Assembly (NCBI GenBank): GCA_905233745.1
Contig: CAJODA010000006.1
Coordinates: 5-64,004, forward strand
Length of the DNA stretch: 64,000 nt
Direction of reading: 5' to 3'
Source of the DNA: an uncultured Bacteroidales bacterium
Lineage (GTDB): Bacteria > Bacteroidota > Bacteroidia > Bacteroidales > WCHB1-69
Of the stretch, positions 45,183 to 54,301 are shown one piece after another. The first letter of the stretch is position 1. The number at the start of each line of letters is the position of its first letter. The translations under genes and the position numbers were made by a program. The notes beneath the pieces are model-generated. The model was not told where the DNA came from. It saw only the letters and a list, made by a program, of their open reading frames with translations, and ran no database searches.

Positions 45183-45497
45183 GTGAGTCACAGAATTAGA
45201 ATCAAATTGAAATCATTCGACCACACCCTGGTTGACAGATCTGCTGAAAAGATTGTCAAGACCGTTAACGGTGTGAAGGACGACAAGGTTGTTTTGGTTG
45301 GACCCATTCCATTGCCAACACACACCAAGATTTTCACTGTAAACCGCTCCACTTTTGTAAACAAGAAATCCAGAGAGCAATTCCAACTCTCCACTTACAA
45401 AAGACTTCTGGACATTTACGGTACAACCACCAAGACCATCGACGCGCTGATGCAGCTTGAATTGCCGAGCGGCGTTGACGTTGAAATCAAAGTGTGA
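45183..45497 (+). CDS. rpsJ: 30S ribosomal protein S10 (apparent GTG start)
   Basis: [23 protein letters not shown]......V.GPIPLPT....FTV.RS.FV.KKSREQF...TYKRL.DI. The first codon at 45183 is GTG. Confidence 0.93.
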   Translation: MSHRIRIKLKSFDHTLVDRSAEKIVKTVNGVKDDKVVLVGPIPLPTHTKIFTVNRSTFVNKKSREQFQLSTYKRLLDIYGTTTKTIDALMQLELPSGVDVEIKV

Positions 45498-45556
45498 TGA
45501 AAATCCGTCGTCACCTAATGCGTACGGCCGTGCGCATCAGGTGAAAAGAACTGAGA

Positions 45557-45592
45557 GCACTGTCCGTATCGATGCGGACAGTGCTTTTTTTT
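45557..45592 (+). terminator. Intrinsic terminator after rpsJ
   Basis: GCACTGTCCG-TATCGATG-CGGACAGTGC followed by TTTTTTTT. A second imperfect hairpin precedes it at about 45512-45544. Confidence 0.8.
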
Positions 45593-45607
45593 GCTCAATC
45601 ACTTGGA

Positions 45608-46822
45608 TTACACCTTGTCTTCTGAGCCCACCTTTCTAATCATATAGTAAGCCAGAAGAACCGCAGAAGAGACAAAATAGGATATGGAATTGACGACACA
45701 AGCTCCCGTAATCTGGAACTTTGGGATCAGCCACAGGGAGAGTCCCAGCGTGAAAAGAAGCCCAGCCGCCGACTTTACAATAAGGATGTTCAGATTTCGA
45801 ATTGCAGAGAAGTAATTGCCAAGCACATTGGAAAATGCTATGGCTAATATACCAGGAGACATCCAAAGCACTACGGTCTTGACACCTCCGAATTCCGGAC
45901 CGAATATAAATGAGAACAAAGAGGAGGGTAACAGAAGCAAACCACCCACACACAATGCCGAAACACCCAAACTGGCCAACGCCAGGGTCATAGTCTCTTT
46001 TCTTGACTGCCCGGTATCCCCTTGCTTAAGCACATTGGAAAACTGCACCATCGACATGCTACGACTCACTATCCATATTGCCTCGGCAGCTGTAACACCT
46101 ATGGAGAAGACGCCCACGGAGCCACGTCCGATAAAGAAATCAAGCATATAGTAGGTCAGCCTGTAGTTGAAAAATTGTAACAGACTGCTGAGTTCGGTCT
46201 TCCAGCCGAAAGAAAACATTTGCCTATTGCAATCCTTATCGAAATCCCAACTCAATTTCACGTCCATTTTACGACGCAGCCGGCGGCACACCAGCAACAT
46301 AAGCAACAGCGAGACTGTTTGACCAAAGAAATAGGCATAGTAGCCAGTCTGTGGCCAAATCAGATGTATAGCCAGCATACAGAGCAGCAATAATGCCGGC
46401 TGAAGCACGGTAACCAGGTTATAGTGCCCGATTTTCTGCCCCCCCACGAACAGCGAGTTATGGAAGGCAATCAGGCCCATCAATGCAGAAGCGGCGAAGA
46501 GGAACGGTGCAATGAGCGTCTGACTGGAAACCAGCACTACCAGGGCGCCGACCGCCGCAGCCAGAAAAGACCACAAATATGCGGCAGTCGCCAACTTGGA
46601 AGTTCCCAATCTTGAGAAGAAATAAGAGACGCTGCTTCCGGTAAAGACATTTGCGAATATGGAAATGAGGCCCAAGTCAGCTACAAAGATTGCGACAGCG
46701 CCACGCCCGTCAGCCCCCCACAGTTGAGTGGTCAACACAATCACAGCAAAATTGAGGAGCAGAATCAGCGATTTGCTCAAAATGGTTTCTATTATATTGG
46801 TTTTCAGATTAATGGAACTCAT
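45608..46822 (-). CDS. Polysaccharide flippase (Wzx/MOP-superfamily-like) membrane protein
   Basis: It has ~12 predicted TM helices. The start was trimmed to MSSINLKTNIIETILSKSLILLLNF at 46822, which overlaps the upstream glycosyltransferase stop by 14 nt. Confidence 0.65.
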   Translation of the reverse strand: MSSINLKTNIIETILSKSLILLLNFAVIVLTTQLWGADGRGAVAIFVADLGLISIFANVFTGSSVSYFFSRLGTSKLATAAYLWSFLAAAVGALVVLVSSQTLIAPFLFAASALMGLIAFHNSLFVGGQKIGHYNLVTVLQPALLLLCMLAIHLIWPQTGYYAYFFGQTVSLLLMLLVCRRLRRKMDVKLSWDFDKDCNRQMFSFGWKTELSSLLQFFNYRLTYYMLDFFIGRGSVGVFSIGVTAAEAIWIVSRSMSMVQFSNVLKQGDTGQSRKETMTLALASLGVSALCVGGLLLLPSSLFSFIFGPEFGGVKTVVLWMSPGILAIAFSNVLGNYFSAIRNLNILIVKSAAGLLFTLGLSLWLIPKFQITGACVVNSISYFVSSAVLLAYYMIRKVGSEDKV

Positions 46823-47915
46823 TTTGCAAAATAAAACGGACAAAGTCGGCTTCGATAGCCTCCCAATTATATTTTTGTACGGCAAAGGTGCGCGCCTGCT
46901 TGCAATGCTGCAGATACAATGCAGAATCATGCAGATACTCAGAAATTTTCCCCACTATGGAATCAATATCATCCGGATCGGTCAGAAAACCGAATTGCCC
47001 AATCTCAGGACACCCTGTTCTGATCGCTTGCAAATCAGAATAGATTACAGGACGTCCCATAGCCATATAATAGAACAGCTTAATAGGCAGACAACGTGTA
47101 TTCTCATCGTCATCGTCTCTCAAATCCAAAAACATATCACTCTGCGATGCAGTCTCACAAAACTGTTCAAAGGGCATATACGGGGATATGTTTAAGGTCA
47201 AATTATCTGGATGCGGGCATTCAAAACTATCCGGAGAGAGAACATTCAGCACGATACGCATGTCTGGATTTTGTTTGGCAAGGCGTATCGTCGTCTCTAT
47301 TACTCGTAAAAAACCCTTTTCAGCGGTAAGATTGCCACTGAAAAACAGTCGGATTTCCTGTTTAATTATTCGGGGTTCTTTAGGCCTGATATACTGCAGG
47401 TCAGGATAATATGTAGTGAAAACAAACGGCTTTTCGGGGAAATGCTTCCTAAAGGGCAGCGATTTGTCATACTCGCCAAAGATGAAACCGTTCGTGCTAC
47501 GGCTGGTCCAATAACAAAAAGCTTTCATTGCCAGCATTTTCAACAATTTTCGGCATCCGGTCAAGTTTCGCGTATTCTTCTTGGAGGGATACCATTCCGT
47601 CACATCATATAAAACCCGGCATCCAGGGTTGTGGTGTTTACGGTAGATTTGTGCAGCGCGCACTGCCATGGGTGTGTCACCGATCACCACATCGGGATGC
47701 AAATTCACCAAACGATCAGCCAGGTGGCGAATCAGTTGGGTGCGGGAAAAATTTTCGGAATCATAAAGATGGATGTCCGGATCGGAAACGTGTGTGGCGC
47801 GGGGAGCGACCACCATTACATGGCAGTCCTGTTTGCGCAGGCTCCTCGCCTGATGGTACCATACGCGTTCATCATCCGCGGCATGGGCAGTCAGCAAAAA
47901 CACAACGTTCATCAT
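46809..47915 (-). CDS. GT-B fold glycosyltransferase (GT4-like)
   Basis: Trimmed to MMNVVFLLTAHAADDERVWYHQA at 47915. The C-terminal half has the pattern ...LPIKLFYYMAMGRPVIYSD... Confidence 0.7.
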   Translation of the reverse strand: MMNVVFLLTAHAADDERVWYHQARSLRKQDCHVMVVAPRATHVSDPDIHLYDSENFSRTQLIRHLADRLVNLHPDVVIGDTPMAVRAAQIYRKHHNPGCRVLYDVTEWYPSKKNTRNLTGCRKLLKMLAMKAFCYWTSRSTNGFIFGEYDKSLPFRKHFPEKPFVFTTYYPDLQYIRPKEPRIIKQEIRLFFSGNLTAEKGFLRVIETTIRLAKQNPDMRIVLNVLSPDSFECPHPDNLTLNISPYMPFEQFCETASQSDMFLDLRDDDDENTRCLPIKLFYYMAMGRPVIYSDLQAIRTGCPEIGQFGFLTDPDDIDSIVGKISEYLHDSALYLQHCKQARTFAVQKYNWEAIEADFVRFILQNEFH

Positions 47916-47966
47916 TTTAGCACAATTCAGGTGCAAAAATACGAAAAAAGAGAATCCCTTTTTTTG

Positions 47967-47974
47967 TATTTTTG
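47967..47974 (+). promoter_or_regulatory. -7 box TATTTTTG driving the riboswitch leader
   Basis: Exact TAnnTTTG match, ~10-15 nt before the start of the aptamer-like sequence. Confidence 0.5.
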
Positions 47975-47984
47975 CAGCGAATTT

Positions 47985-48155
47985 CAGTGAACGGCTCCTT
48001 TTGGAACCGTGAGAGGGAAACAGGTGCGATTCCTGTGCAGTACCCGCTGCTGTGAGTTTCGACACTCCGCCACCCACCAAGTCAAAGCCACTGTTACCGA
48101 GTAACGGGAAGGCCGGTGCCCCGGAGGAAACAAGCCAGAAAACCTGCTGGACTTC
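47985..48155 (+). promoter_or_regulatory. Cobalamin (B12) riboswitch aptamer
   Basis: Conserved blocks appear in the right order:
- AGGGAA (48014-19).
- CAGGTGCGATTCCTG (48021-35).
- CCCGCTGCTGTGA (48043-55).
- GCCACTG (48087-93).
- GGGAAGGC (48106-13).
- B12-box-like AGCCAGAAAACCTGC (48133-47).
The aptamer lies in a 350-nt leader before the ATG at 48266. Confidence 0.8.
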
Positions 48156-48265
48156 AAATAACGTGAACAGCTTCGGGACATAGGCTTACACAGAATGGAG
48201 ACAATCTTCATTTTAAAGTTTCCCAAAGCAATGGCACATTTTTGTATAACTTAAAATTTCCAAAA

Positions 48266-49681
48266 ATGAAAAAGATTTTGTGTTTATTGCTGGTATCATT
48301 ATCCATGAATCTCTATGCTCAGTTCGATCAGTTGCCGGACGACGCCACTCTGGATGCCGACAACATCATCTATTGGGTGGGCAATGGCAACGGCCAGGCA
48401 GTGCTGGCCGTAAACTGGGCGTCGCCAGACACCTGCCTGGCCTGGGGTGTGCGCTTTGACGGCGACAGCGCCCTGGTGGCTGACCTGCTGCACACCTTGT
48501 CCATCTACGACGACCGCTTCAACTACACCTCCTCTGGAAACATGATCGACAGTATCAACTTCCTCGGATTTCATCGCACTGGTAATTGGTGGATGTACAA
48601 CATCAACGGTAGCGGCGCACCGCTGGGTTTCAACTCCCAATATGTCGGCAACGGCGACTTCATAAAATTCGGGGACGAGAGTTGCGGGGTATCCGACACC
48701 AACTTCAACTATGCCTGGACAAAAACGGTGACACCTGCGGATCTTCCCGACCAGACTGCCATGCTATTCTGCGACTCTGTAGGAACTCCTGGCTGCCAAG
48801 CCATTCGATTCGACAACCCTGCCATTATTGCATGGGCATCGAATTGCACCATCAACCGGGGATTGAAGAACATTTCCAACAGCTCGCTCGGTTATGCCAA
48901 CTACGGTGATGACAGTGACTGCATCGGTCCCAGTAGCGAGTCCACCACCGATGGCGTAGCCAGTCTCGGCGACGCGGGAACAGCTGTGCTGACCTTCGAC
49001 CAGCCCATCAGCAATGGCGAAGGATACGACTTTGCTGTATTTGAAAACTCCTTGAACTCCACTTTCCTGGAACAGGCTTTTGTGGAGGTGAGCTCCGATG
49101 GCGAACACTACTACCGTTTCCCTTCCATATCAAACACACAGGCCACCACACAAATCACCAATGGTGGCGCTGTTGACCCGCGCAAGATACATAACCTGGC
49201 CGGCAAATACATCGTCGGTTGGGGCACTCCATTTGACCTTGAGGAACTCGCCGGATACAGCAACCTGGACATCAACAACATTACGCATGTGCGCCTTGTA
49301 GATGTGGTGGGCTGCATCAACCCACTTTACGGCTCCATTGACAAAAACGGACATATCATCAACGACCCCTACCCTACCCCATGGGGCAGCAGCGGATTTG
49401 ACCTCTCCGGCGTGGCTGTCATGAATGGATGGCTCCCCAACAGTATCACAGAACAATCAATGGCATCTAACCTGATTGCCTACCCCAATCCTTGCAACAG
49501 TATTTTGTATATCGACGATCTGCAACCTGAATCTTCGGTTGAACTCTTTAACATCTTTGGCCAACTAATTTGGCAAGGTAACGCTTACGACAGCCGCATT
49601 CAGATCAACATGGAGCCCTATCCCAATGGTGTATATGTTGTCAAATCCGGCTGTCAAACTGTTAAGATTGTTAAAAGATAA
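48266..49681 (+). CDS. T9SS-secreted protein with an N-terminal DUF4430/transcobalamin-beta-like domain, an unassigned middle domain and a type A CTD
   Basis: Signal peptide MKKILCLLLVSLSMNLYAQ. Residues encoded at ~48359-48679 (ALVADLLHTL...GNMIDSINFLGF....WWMYNINGSGAPLGFNSQYVGNGDFIKFGD) fit the DUF4430 pattern. The last ~70 aa (IAYPNPCNSILYIDDL...VELFNIFGQLI...PNGVYVVKSG.QTVKIVKR) form a Por_Secre_tail domain. Confidence 0.8.
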   Translation: MKKILCLLLVSLSMNLYAQFDQLPDDATLDADNIIYWVGNGNGQAVLAVNWASPDTCLAWGVRFDGDSALVADLLHTLSIYDDRFNYTSSGNMIDSINFLGFHRTGNWWMYNINGSGAPLGFNSQYVGNGDFIKFGDESCGVSDTNFNYAWTKTVTPADLPDQTAMLFCDSVGTPGCQAIRFDNPAIIAWASNCTINRGLKNISNSSLGYANYGDDSDCIGPSSESTTDGVASLGDAGTAVLTFDQPISNGEGYDFAVFENSLNSTFLEQAFVEVSSDGEHYYRFPSISNTQATTQITNGGAVDPRKIHNLAGKYIVGWGTPFDLEELAGYSNLDINNITHVRLVDVVGCINPLYGSIDKNGHIINDPYPTPWGSSGFDLSGVAVMNGWLPNSITEQSMASNLIAYPNPCNSILYIDDLQPESSVELFNIFGQLIWQGNAYDSRIQINMEPYPNGVYVVKSGCQTVKIVKR

Positions 49682-49743
49682 ATGATGCTGCTTGTTGGGT
49701 ATCTGCATGGGCTATTTCGGATATATCTTCTACCATTAGCAAT

Positions 49744-50196
49744 ATGACAGAAAAAGAGAAAAAATACGATTTACTGCTCCGGCAGATCCAATCATTGGCC
49801 GAAGGCGAGACGGACGACATCGCGCTGATGGCCAATATGGCAGCCGCCATCCATGACACTTTCCATTTCTGGTGGACCGGCTTTTACCGTGTTATCGGTA
49901 ATGAGTTGGTGTTAGGGCCGTTCCAGGGACCGCTTGCGTGCACGCGCATCGCCTACGGACGCGGCGTGTGCGGCACTGCTTGGCAGGAGCAACGCACACT
50001 CGTGGTGCCCGACGTTCACCAGTTCAAAGGACACATCGCCTGCAGCAGCGCATCAAAAAGCGAAATCGTAGTCCCCATCTTCCGCAACGAAAAAGTGTTC
50101 GCCGTACTCGATATTGACAGCGAACACTTGAACACTTTCGATGAAACCGACCGGATTTGGCTGGAGCGAATAGTATTGATTGTCGATAAACGATGA
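49744..50196 (+). CDS. msrC: GAF-domain free methionine-(R)-sulfoxide reductase (YebR/MsrC family)
   Basis: WTGFYRV.GNELVLGPFQGPLACTRIAYGRGVCGTAW...TLVVPDVHQFKGHIACSSASKSEIVVPI......VLDIDS. Confidence 0.75.
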   Translation: MTEKEKKYDLLLRQIQSLAEGETDDIALMANMAAAIHDTFHFWWTGFYRVIGNELVLGPFQGPLACTRIAYGRGVCGTAWQEQRTLVVPDVHQFKGHIACSSASKSEIVVPIFRNEKVFAVLDIDSEHLNTFDETDRIWLERIVLIVDKR

Positions 50197-50213
50197 GTGA
50201 TTAGCGAAATCCT

Positions 50214-50882
50214 CTACGCATTCATTTCCATGCGCTGCTCATTAAGCTCCGCTTCCTCCTGCGCTTTCAGTTCCTCATAAAACTTTGACACCGTGACATT
50301 CACGTATGGAATCAGCCAGAAGAATCCGACACCCAGGGACAAGCAGCTGAGCAGAAACCATCCGATGAAGCTCAAAAGGAGACAGAAAAGGTCCCACTTG
50401 TGACCTTTCATCATATCATTGCTGCGCTCGATGCACTCATTGGCACTCAACTCGGGGTGATCCCTGGAAATATAGATCGTCATGGAATAGGCGAAAATCT
50501 TGATAATGCCGGGGATGATGAACAACAGCATCCATAACAGTTCAAAGAGGGCGGTCAGCAACTGTACCCCCAGGGCGCGTCCGTAGGTCCTGAATCCGTC
50601 GAACATCCGTTCCACCGTATCCTCCTTGCTTCCGCGCAAAAACTGCAGGAAGCAAAGCCCGAAGCCGTATCCCAGCGGCACCAGCACGAAGATGGACAGA
50701 ATAAAACCCGCCCCGGAGAACACAGCCCCCATAGAAGTGTTTCGGAAGGCTGTCTGAAGCACATTGGGCACGCTGCAGATGGATGTAATCAAGAAATATA
50801 CCAGCGTAGCCAACACTGGCATGGTCCAATAACCGGAAAGTTCTTTTCGAGCAGATGCTCTAATTTCTTTATTTGTAAGCAT
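50214..50882 (-). CDS. DUF975-family integral membrane protein
   Basis: MLTNKEIRASARKELSGYW start, 5-6 TM helices and 222 aa. Confidence 0.65.
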   Translation of the reverse strand: MLTNKEIRASARKELSGYWTMPVLATLVYFLITSICSVPNVLQTAFRNTSMGAVFSGAGFILSIFVLVPLGYGFGLCFLQFLRGSKEDTVERMFDGFRTYGRALGVQLLTALFELLWMLLFIIPGIIKIFAYSMTIYISRDHPELSANECIERSNDMMKGHKWDLFCLLLSFIGWFLLSCLSLGVGFFWLIPYVNVTVSKFYEELKAQEEAELNEQRMEMNA

Positions 50883-50964
50883 AATGGTTTTGATTTTTGA
50901 TGATTAATACTGAGCGCAAATATAAAAAAAAGTTCTAATTAAAAAAAATGACAGCACAATAATG

Positions 50965-51750
50965 TCATGACACCATTTCACGAGCAACAATCCGGGAGAG
51001 TATCGGGGTTTTGATGCCGTTCGGAATTATAGAAGAGAGGAAATGACTTATGGGATTGATGATAATCATCCGTTTGCGACGCAATGTCTGGCGCACGCAT
51101 TTCTGCGCAACGGTCCGAGTGGACTTAAGGGTAAGCTTGCCAAAAAATCCCTGACGGGCAATACGTTCAGTAACCTCAGGATTGGTGGCCATAGCACCTG
51201 GTGAAGCAACACTCACCGAAACACGGCTGTTCTTCAGCTCTTCGCGCAAGCCCAAAGAGAACGAGAGCACAAAACTTTTGCTGGCAGGGTATACGGTTTT
51301 AAAGCCAGTCGGGGTGTGGGCGGCCATACTGCCCACATTCAGGATATAACTTTTGGGCTGGCGTCTTAAATTTGGCAGCAAAGCATGCGTAAGGAGTGTG
51401 GTGCAGCGCACATTCAGGTCAATGATATTCTCCAAATAGGCCATATCCGCGTCTTCAAAACTTCTGGTGCCGCCCACACCGGCATTGTTCACCAGCATGA
51501 AAATCTCAAATTGGCAATTTACATCCTGTGCCATCGACAAAACATTCTCTCGCTTAGTCAGGTCTGTGACGTAACTTTCAGAGGGAACATGATAGGTGGT
51601 TACAATCTCATCACAGACCTCCCGGACTCTCGGATTTGTACCCACCAATACAGTTGGGATTCCACGACGGGCCAACTCCATTGCAATCTCCTTGCCCAAT
51701 CCTCGGCTAGCACCTGTAACCAGGGCATAACGTTTCATCTCATCATTCAT
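50965..51750 (-). CDS. Short-chain dehydrogenase/reductase (SDR)
   Basis: ALVTGASRGLGKEIA (TGxxxGxG), NNAG and the catalytic pair in YPASKSF (YxxxK). The start is ambiguous between 51750 and 51738. Confidence 0.8.
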   Translation of the reverse strand: MNDEMKRYALVTGASRGLGKEIAMELARRGIPTVLVGTNPRVREVCDEIVTTYHVPSESYVTDLTKRENVLSMAQDVNCQFEIFMLVNNAGVGGTRSFEDADMAYLENIIDLNVRCTTLLTHALLPNLRRQPKSYILNVGSMAAHTPTGFKTVYPASKSFVLSFSLGLREELKNSRVSVSVASPGAMATNPEVTERIARQGFFGKLTLKSTRTVAQKCVRQTLRRKRMIIINPISHFLSSIIPNGIKTPILSRIVAREMVS

Positions 51751-52867
51751 GGTTAATAACCTTCTTGTAACATCTTCTTCTTGCAATCAGCTCCGCACCA
51801 TAACGCGGCCAAATGAATGAAGCTGGATTGTGTTCCAACTGTTGGGAAGTAAAAGCAAAAGTATAGCCTTTTGCCAGAAAAGCCTCATGCAACTGCTGGT
51901 GGTATATAGCATGAATGCCACTGTTATGGTATTCCGGAACAACACCTGTAAGAAACATATCCACATATTTATTGTCACGCAATGCTTTCAAAATATGATA
52001 CCAGCCAAATGGGAAAAGAGAACCATTTGCTTTTCGATATGCCGCACTCAGCGAAGGCAGGCAGAATGCAAATCCCACCAGCCTTCCGGTTTCATCTTCC
52101 AGCATGGAAGAGAGTTGGATGTTGGCAACTTGGAAGTTCTCATCCACTGCCCAGCAAATCTCCTCCTTTGTCAATGGAATGAAGTTGTAAATATTCGCAT
52201 AGCTCAAGTTCAACGCCTCGAAAAACTCCAAACCAGATTTTTTCAAGGCCCTTTTGTTATCAAAATGACGCAAATGAACATGATACTTTTTCGTCACCAT
52301 GTCGGCTAACTTGATTATCCGTTCCGGCACCTCGCCTACAGGCACTTTATACTGCACATAGTCCACCTCTTTTGCAAAGCCCAAAGCTTCGACAAATTCA
52401 GGGTAATAGGCGTAATTGTAATCAGCAACGATGGATGACATGTATTCAAAACCATCCACAAGCATAGCCTGTTTTTCCATATTTGAAAAACGGGAGGGAC
52501 CTGAAATTTCAGTCATACCCTGCTCCCTGCCCCACTGTTCCACGGTGTTTAAAAGCGCGCGTGCCACTTCAAGGTCATCAATCACATCAAACCAGCCGAA
52601 TCGCACCCGTTTCTGGTCTTTAAGTTCATTGCACTTTCGGTTAACGACACCACCTATGCGTCCCACAATCTCTCCATCTCGATAGGCCAGCCAATATTTG
52701 GCGTCACAGAATGACAACGCAGGGTGCTTCGTCATGATTTTTATCTCGTTCCTTTCCAGTGACGGCACAAAGTACGGGCATTCCTTATACAACTTTCTGG
52801 GGAATCTGACGAAATTCCACATCTCATGCTTGGATGTTACCTCTTTAATATTCATTCTTAAATTCAT
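51743..52867 (-). CDS. GNAT-fold acyltransferase-like protein (374 aa), specific function unknown
   Basis: N-terminal pattern W.FV.FP..LYK.CPYFVP.L......I......P......A.YWLAYRDGEIVGRIGG..N...N......VRFGWFDV.DD..VA.ALL..VE.WG...G as in a conserved Bacteroidetes family. It overlaps the SDR gene start. Confidence 0.55.
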   Translation of the reverse strand: MNLRMNIKEVTSKHEMWNFVRFPRKLYKECPYFVPSLERNEIKIMTKHPALSFCDAKYWLAYRDGEIVGRIGGVVNRKCNELKDQKRVRFGWFDVIDDLEVARALLNTVEQWGREQGMTEISGPSRFSNMEKQAMLVDGFEYMSSIVADYNYAYYPEFVEALGFAKEVDYVQYKVPVGEVPERIIKLADMVTKKYHVHLRHFDNKRALKKSGLEFFEALNLSYANIYNFIPLTKEEICWAVDENFQVANIQLSSMLEDETGRLVGFAFCLPSLSAAYRKANGSLFPFGWYHILKALRDNKYVDMFLTGVVPEYHNSGIHAIYHQQLHEAFLAKGYTFAFTSQQLEHNPASFIWPRYGAELIARRRCYKKVINHE

Positions 52868-52959
52868 TTTGGAAATGCAAATGTATGATTTTTTTTGTGT
52901 AAAATGTACACAACCGAAATAAACAGCAAGCCCAAAGCAAAGAGACTATGAGTTGAAGG

Positions 52960-54162
52960 CTATCTTAACTTATTACGTTCAAAGCTCTTGCGCACGTATC
53001 CAAAAAATCCTGCGACGCCAAGTACGTTAACCAGCCAAGAGGCCCAAAAGGCACTATGATAGCCAAGATGTTCTGAAATCACACCACCTACCAGGATACC
53101 CAGTCCCATACCCACATCCCAGCTGATGAGAATGGTGGAGTTAGCAGTTCCTCTCTGTGAGTGTGGAGCCAGGTTAATGAACATAGTTTGATATGCGGGC
53201 CACATGTGACCGTTTCCCAGGCCGATTATGAGTGCCGCACCATAATATCCAACCGGGTTGTGCATCATAGCGAACAAAAGATATCCAAATACAGATATTG
53301 AAACACCCACTGCGGCATTGTGGGTAATCCGTCCCTTACTCAAGGACCGACTACCGACCAGACGAGAGAGAATCAGGCCTATCGAAAGCAACATGAAAAA
53401 CAGAGCAGAGCCGCCACTTATTCCAAGTTCTTCTTTCCCATATATTGCCACATACGTGGCCAGCACCCCATAAGAAAAGGCAAAACAAATCATAGTAAGT
53501 GCCTCGCTCCAACCCTTCAAAAGGAAAAAGCGGTCAAGCGAAATCTTCGGCTTGTCCTTGATAAGTTCCCGCTTGTTCAGCTGCAGCGTGGCGTTAATTA
53601 CAAATCCTATTGCGGAGGTAAGGAAGGCCAGCCAAAACAGCAGATCGTAGTTTTGGGTCAGTTGCAAGATATAGATGGCCAATGCCGGAGCGATGGCCGA
53701 AGCAATATTATTGCTTAGTCCATAATAACCTATGCCTTCAGCTCTACGAGAGGGGTGCAGGACATCAATGGCCACGGTACTGTTGGAGACGGTAGCTGCG
53801 CCAAATGGAGCACCGTGGAGTGTTCGCACAATGGCAAACAGCAGCAGCGAACCAGCGAGCAGGTACCCTCCAAAAAGGACACTGAACAAACCGTAACAAA
53901 CCAGCAGGACCATCTTGCGCGGAAAGCTGTCCACAAGAAAGCCACTGAATGGACGAACCAGTAAAGCCAATAAGGTGTAACCCGACAGCACTATGCCTAT
54001 CATCTGCTTGTCAGCCGAGAAAGTATCCTTCAAATACAAAGGCAACAGGGGTGTCAGAAGCATGAAAGAAAAGAAAATCATGAAGTTGGCAATCCAAACC
54101 TTCAAATAATTGGCATTCCAGAGAGGTTCCAATCGCTCCGTTATTTCCTTTTCTGATTCCAT
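52960..54162 (-). CDS. MFS transporter
   Basis: 12 hydrophobic segments, plus the loop motif in LVRPFSGFLVDSFPRK. The start is ambiguous between 54162 and 54189. Confidence 0.8.
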   Translation of the reverse strand: MESEKEITERLEPLWNANYLKVWIANFMIFFSFMLLTPLLPLYLKDTFSADKQMIGIVLSGYTLLALLVRPFSGFLVDSFPRKMVLLVCYGLFSVLFGGYLLAGSLLLFAIVRTLHGAPFGAATVSNSTVAIDVLHPSRRAEGIGYYGLSNNIASAIAPALAIYILQLTQNYDLLFWLAFLTSAIGFVINATLQLNKRELIKDKPKISLDRFFLLKGWSEALTMICFAFSYGVLATYVAIYGKEELGISGGSALFFMLLSIGLILSRLVGSRSLSKGRITHNAAVGVSISVFGYLLFAMMHNPVGYYGAALIIGLGNGHMWPAYQTMFINLAPHSQRGTANSTILISWDVGMGLGILVGGVISEHLGYHSAFWASWLVNVLGVAGFFGYVRKSFERNKLR

Positions 54163-54301
54163 TGACAACTTCTTTTTTGCAGTCCGCAAAAATACAAAAT
54201 GCGATTATTTTTTTCAATCATTTTAAACCCTGAAATAAAAATGGTATCTTTGGAGCCATTGATTTTTTTTCAAATACAACAATAATTAATAATCCAAGAC
54301 A

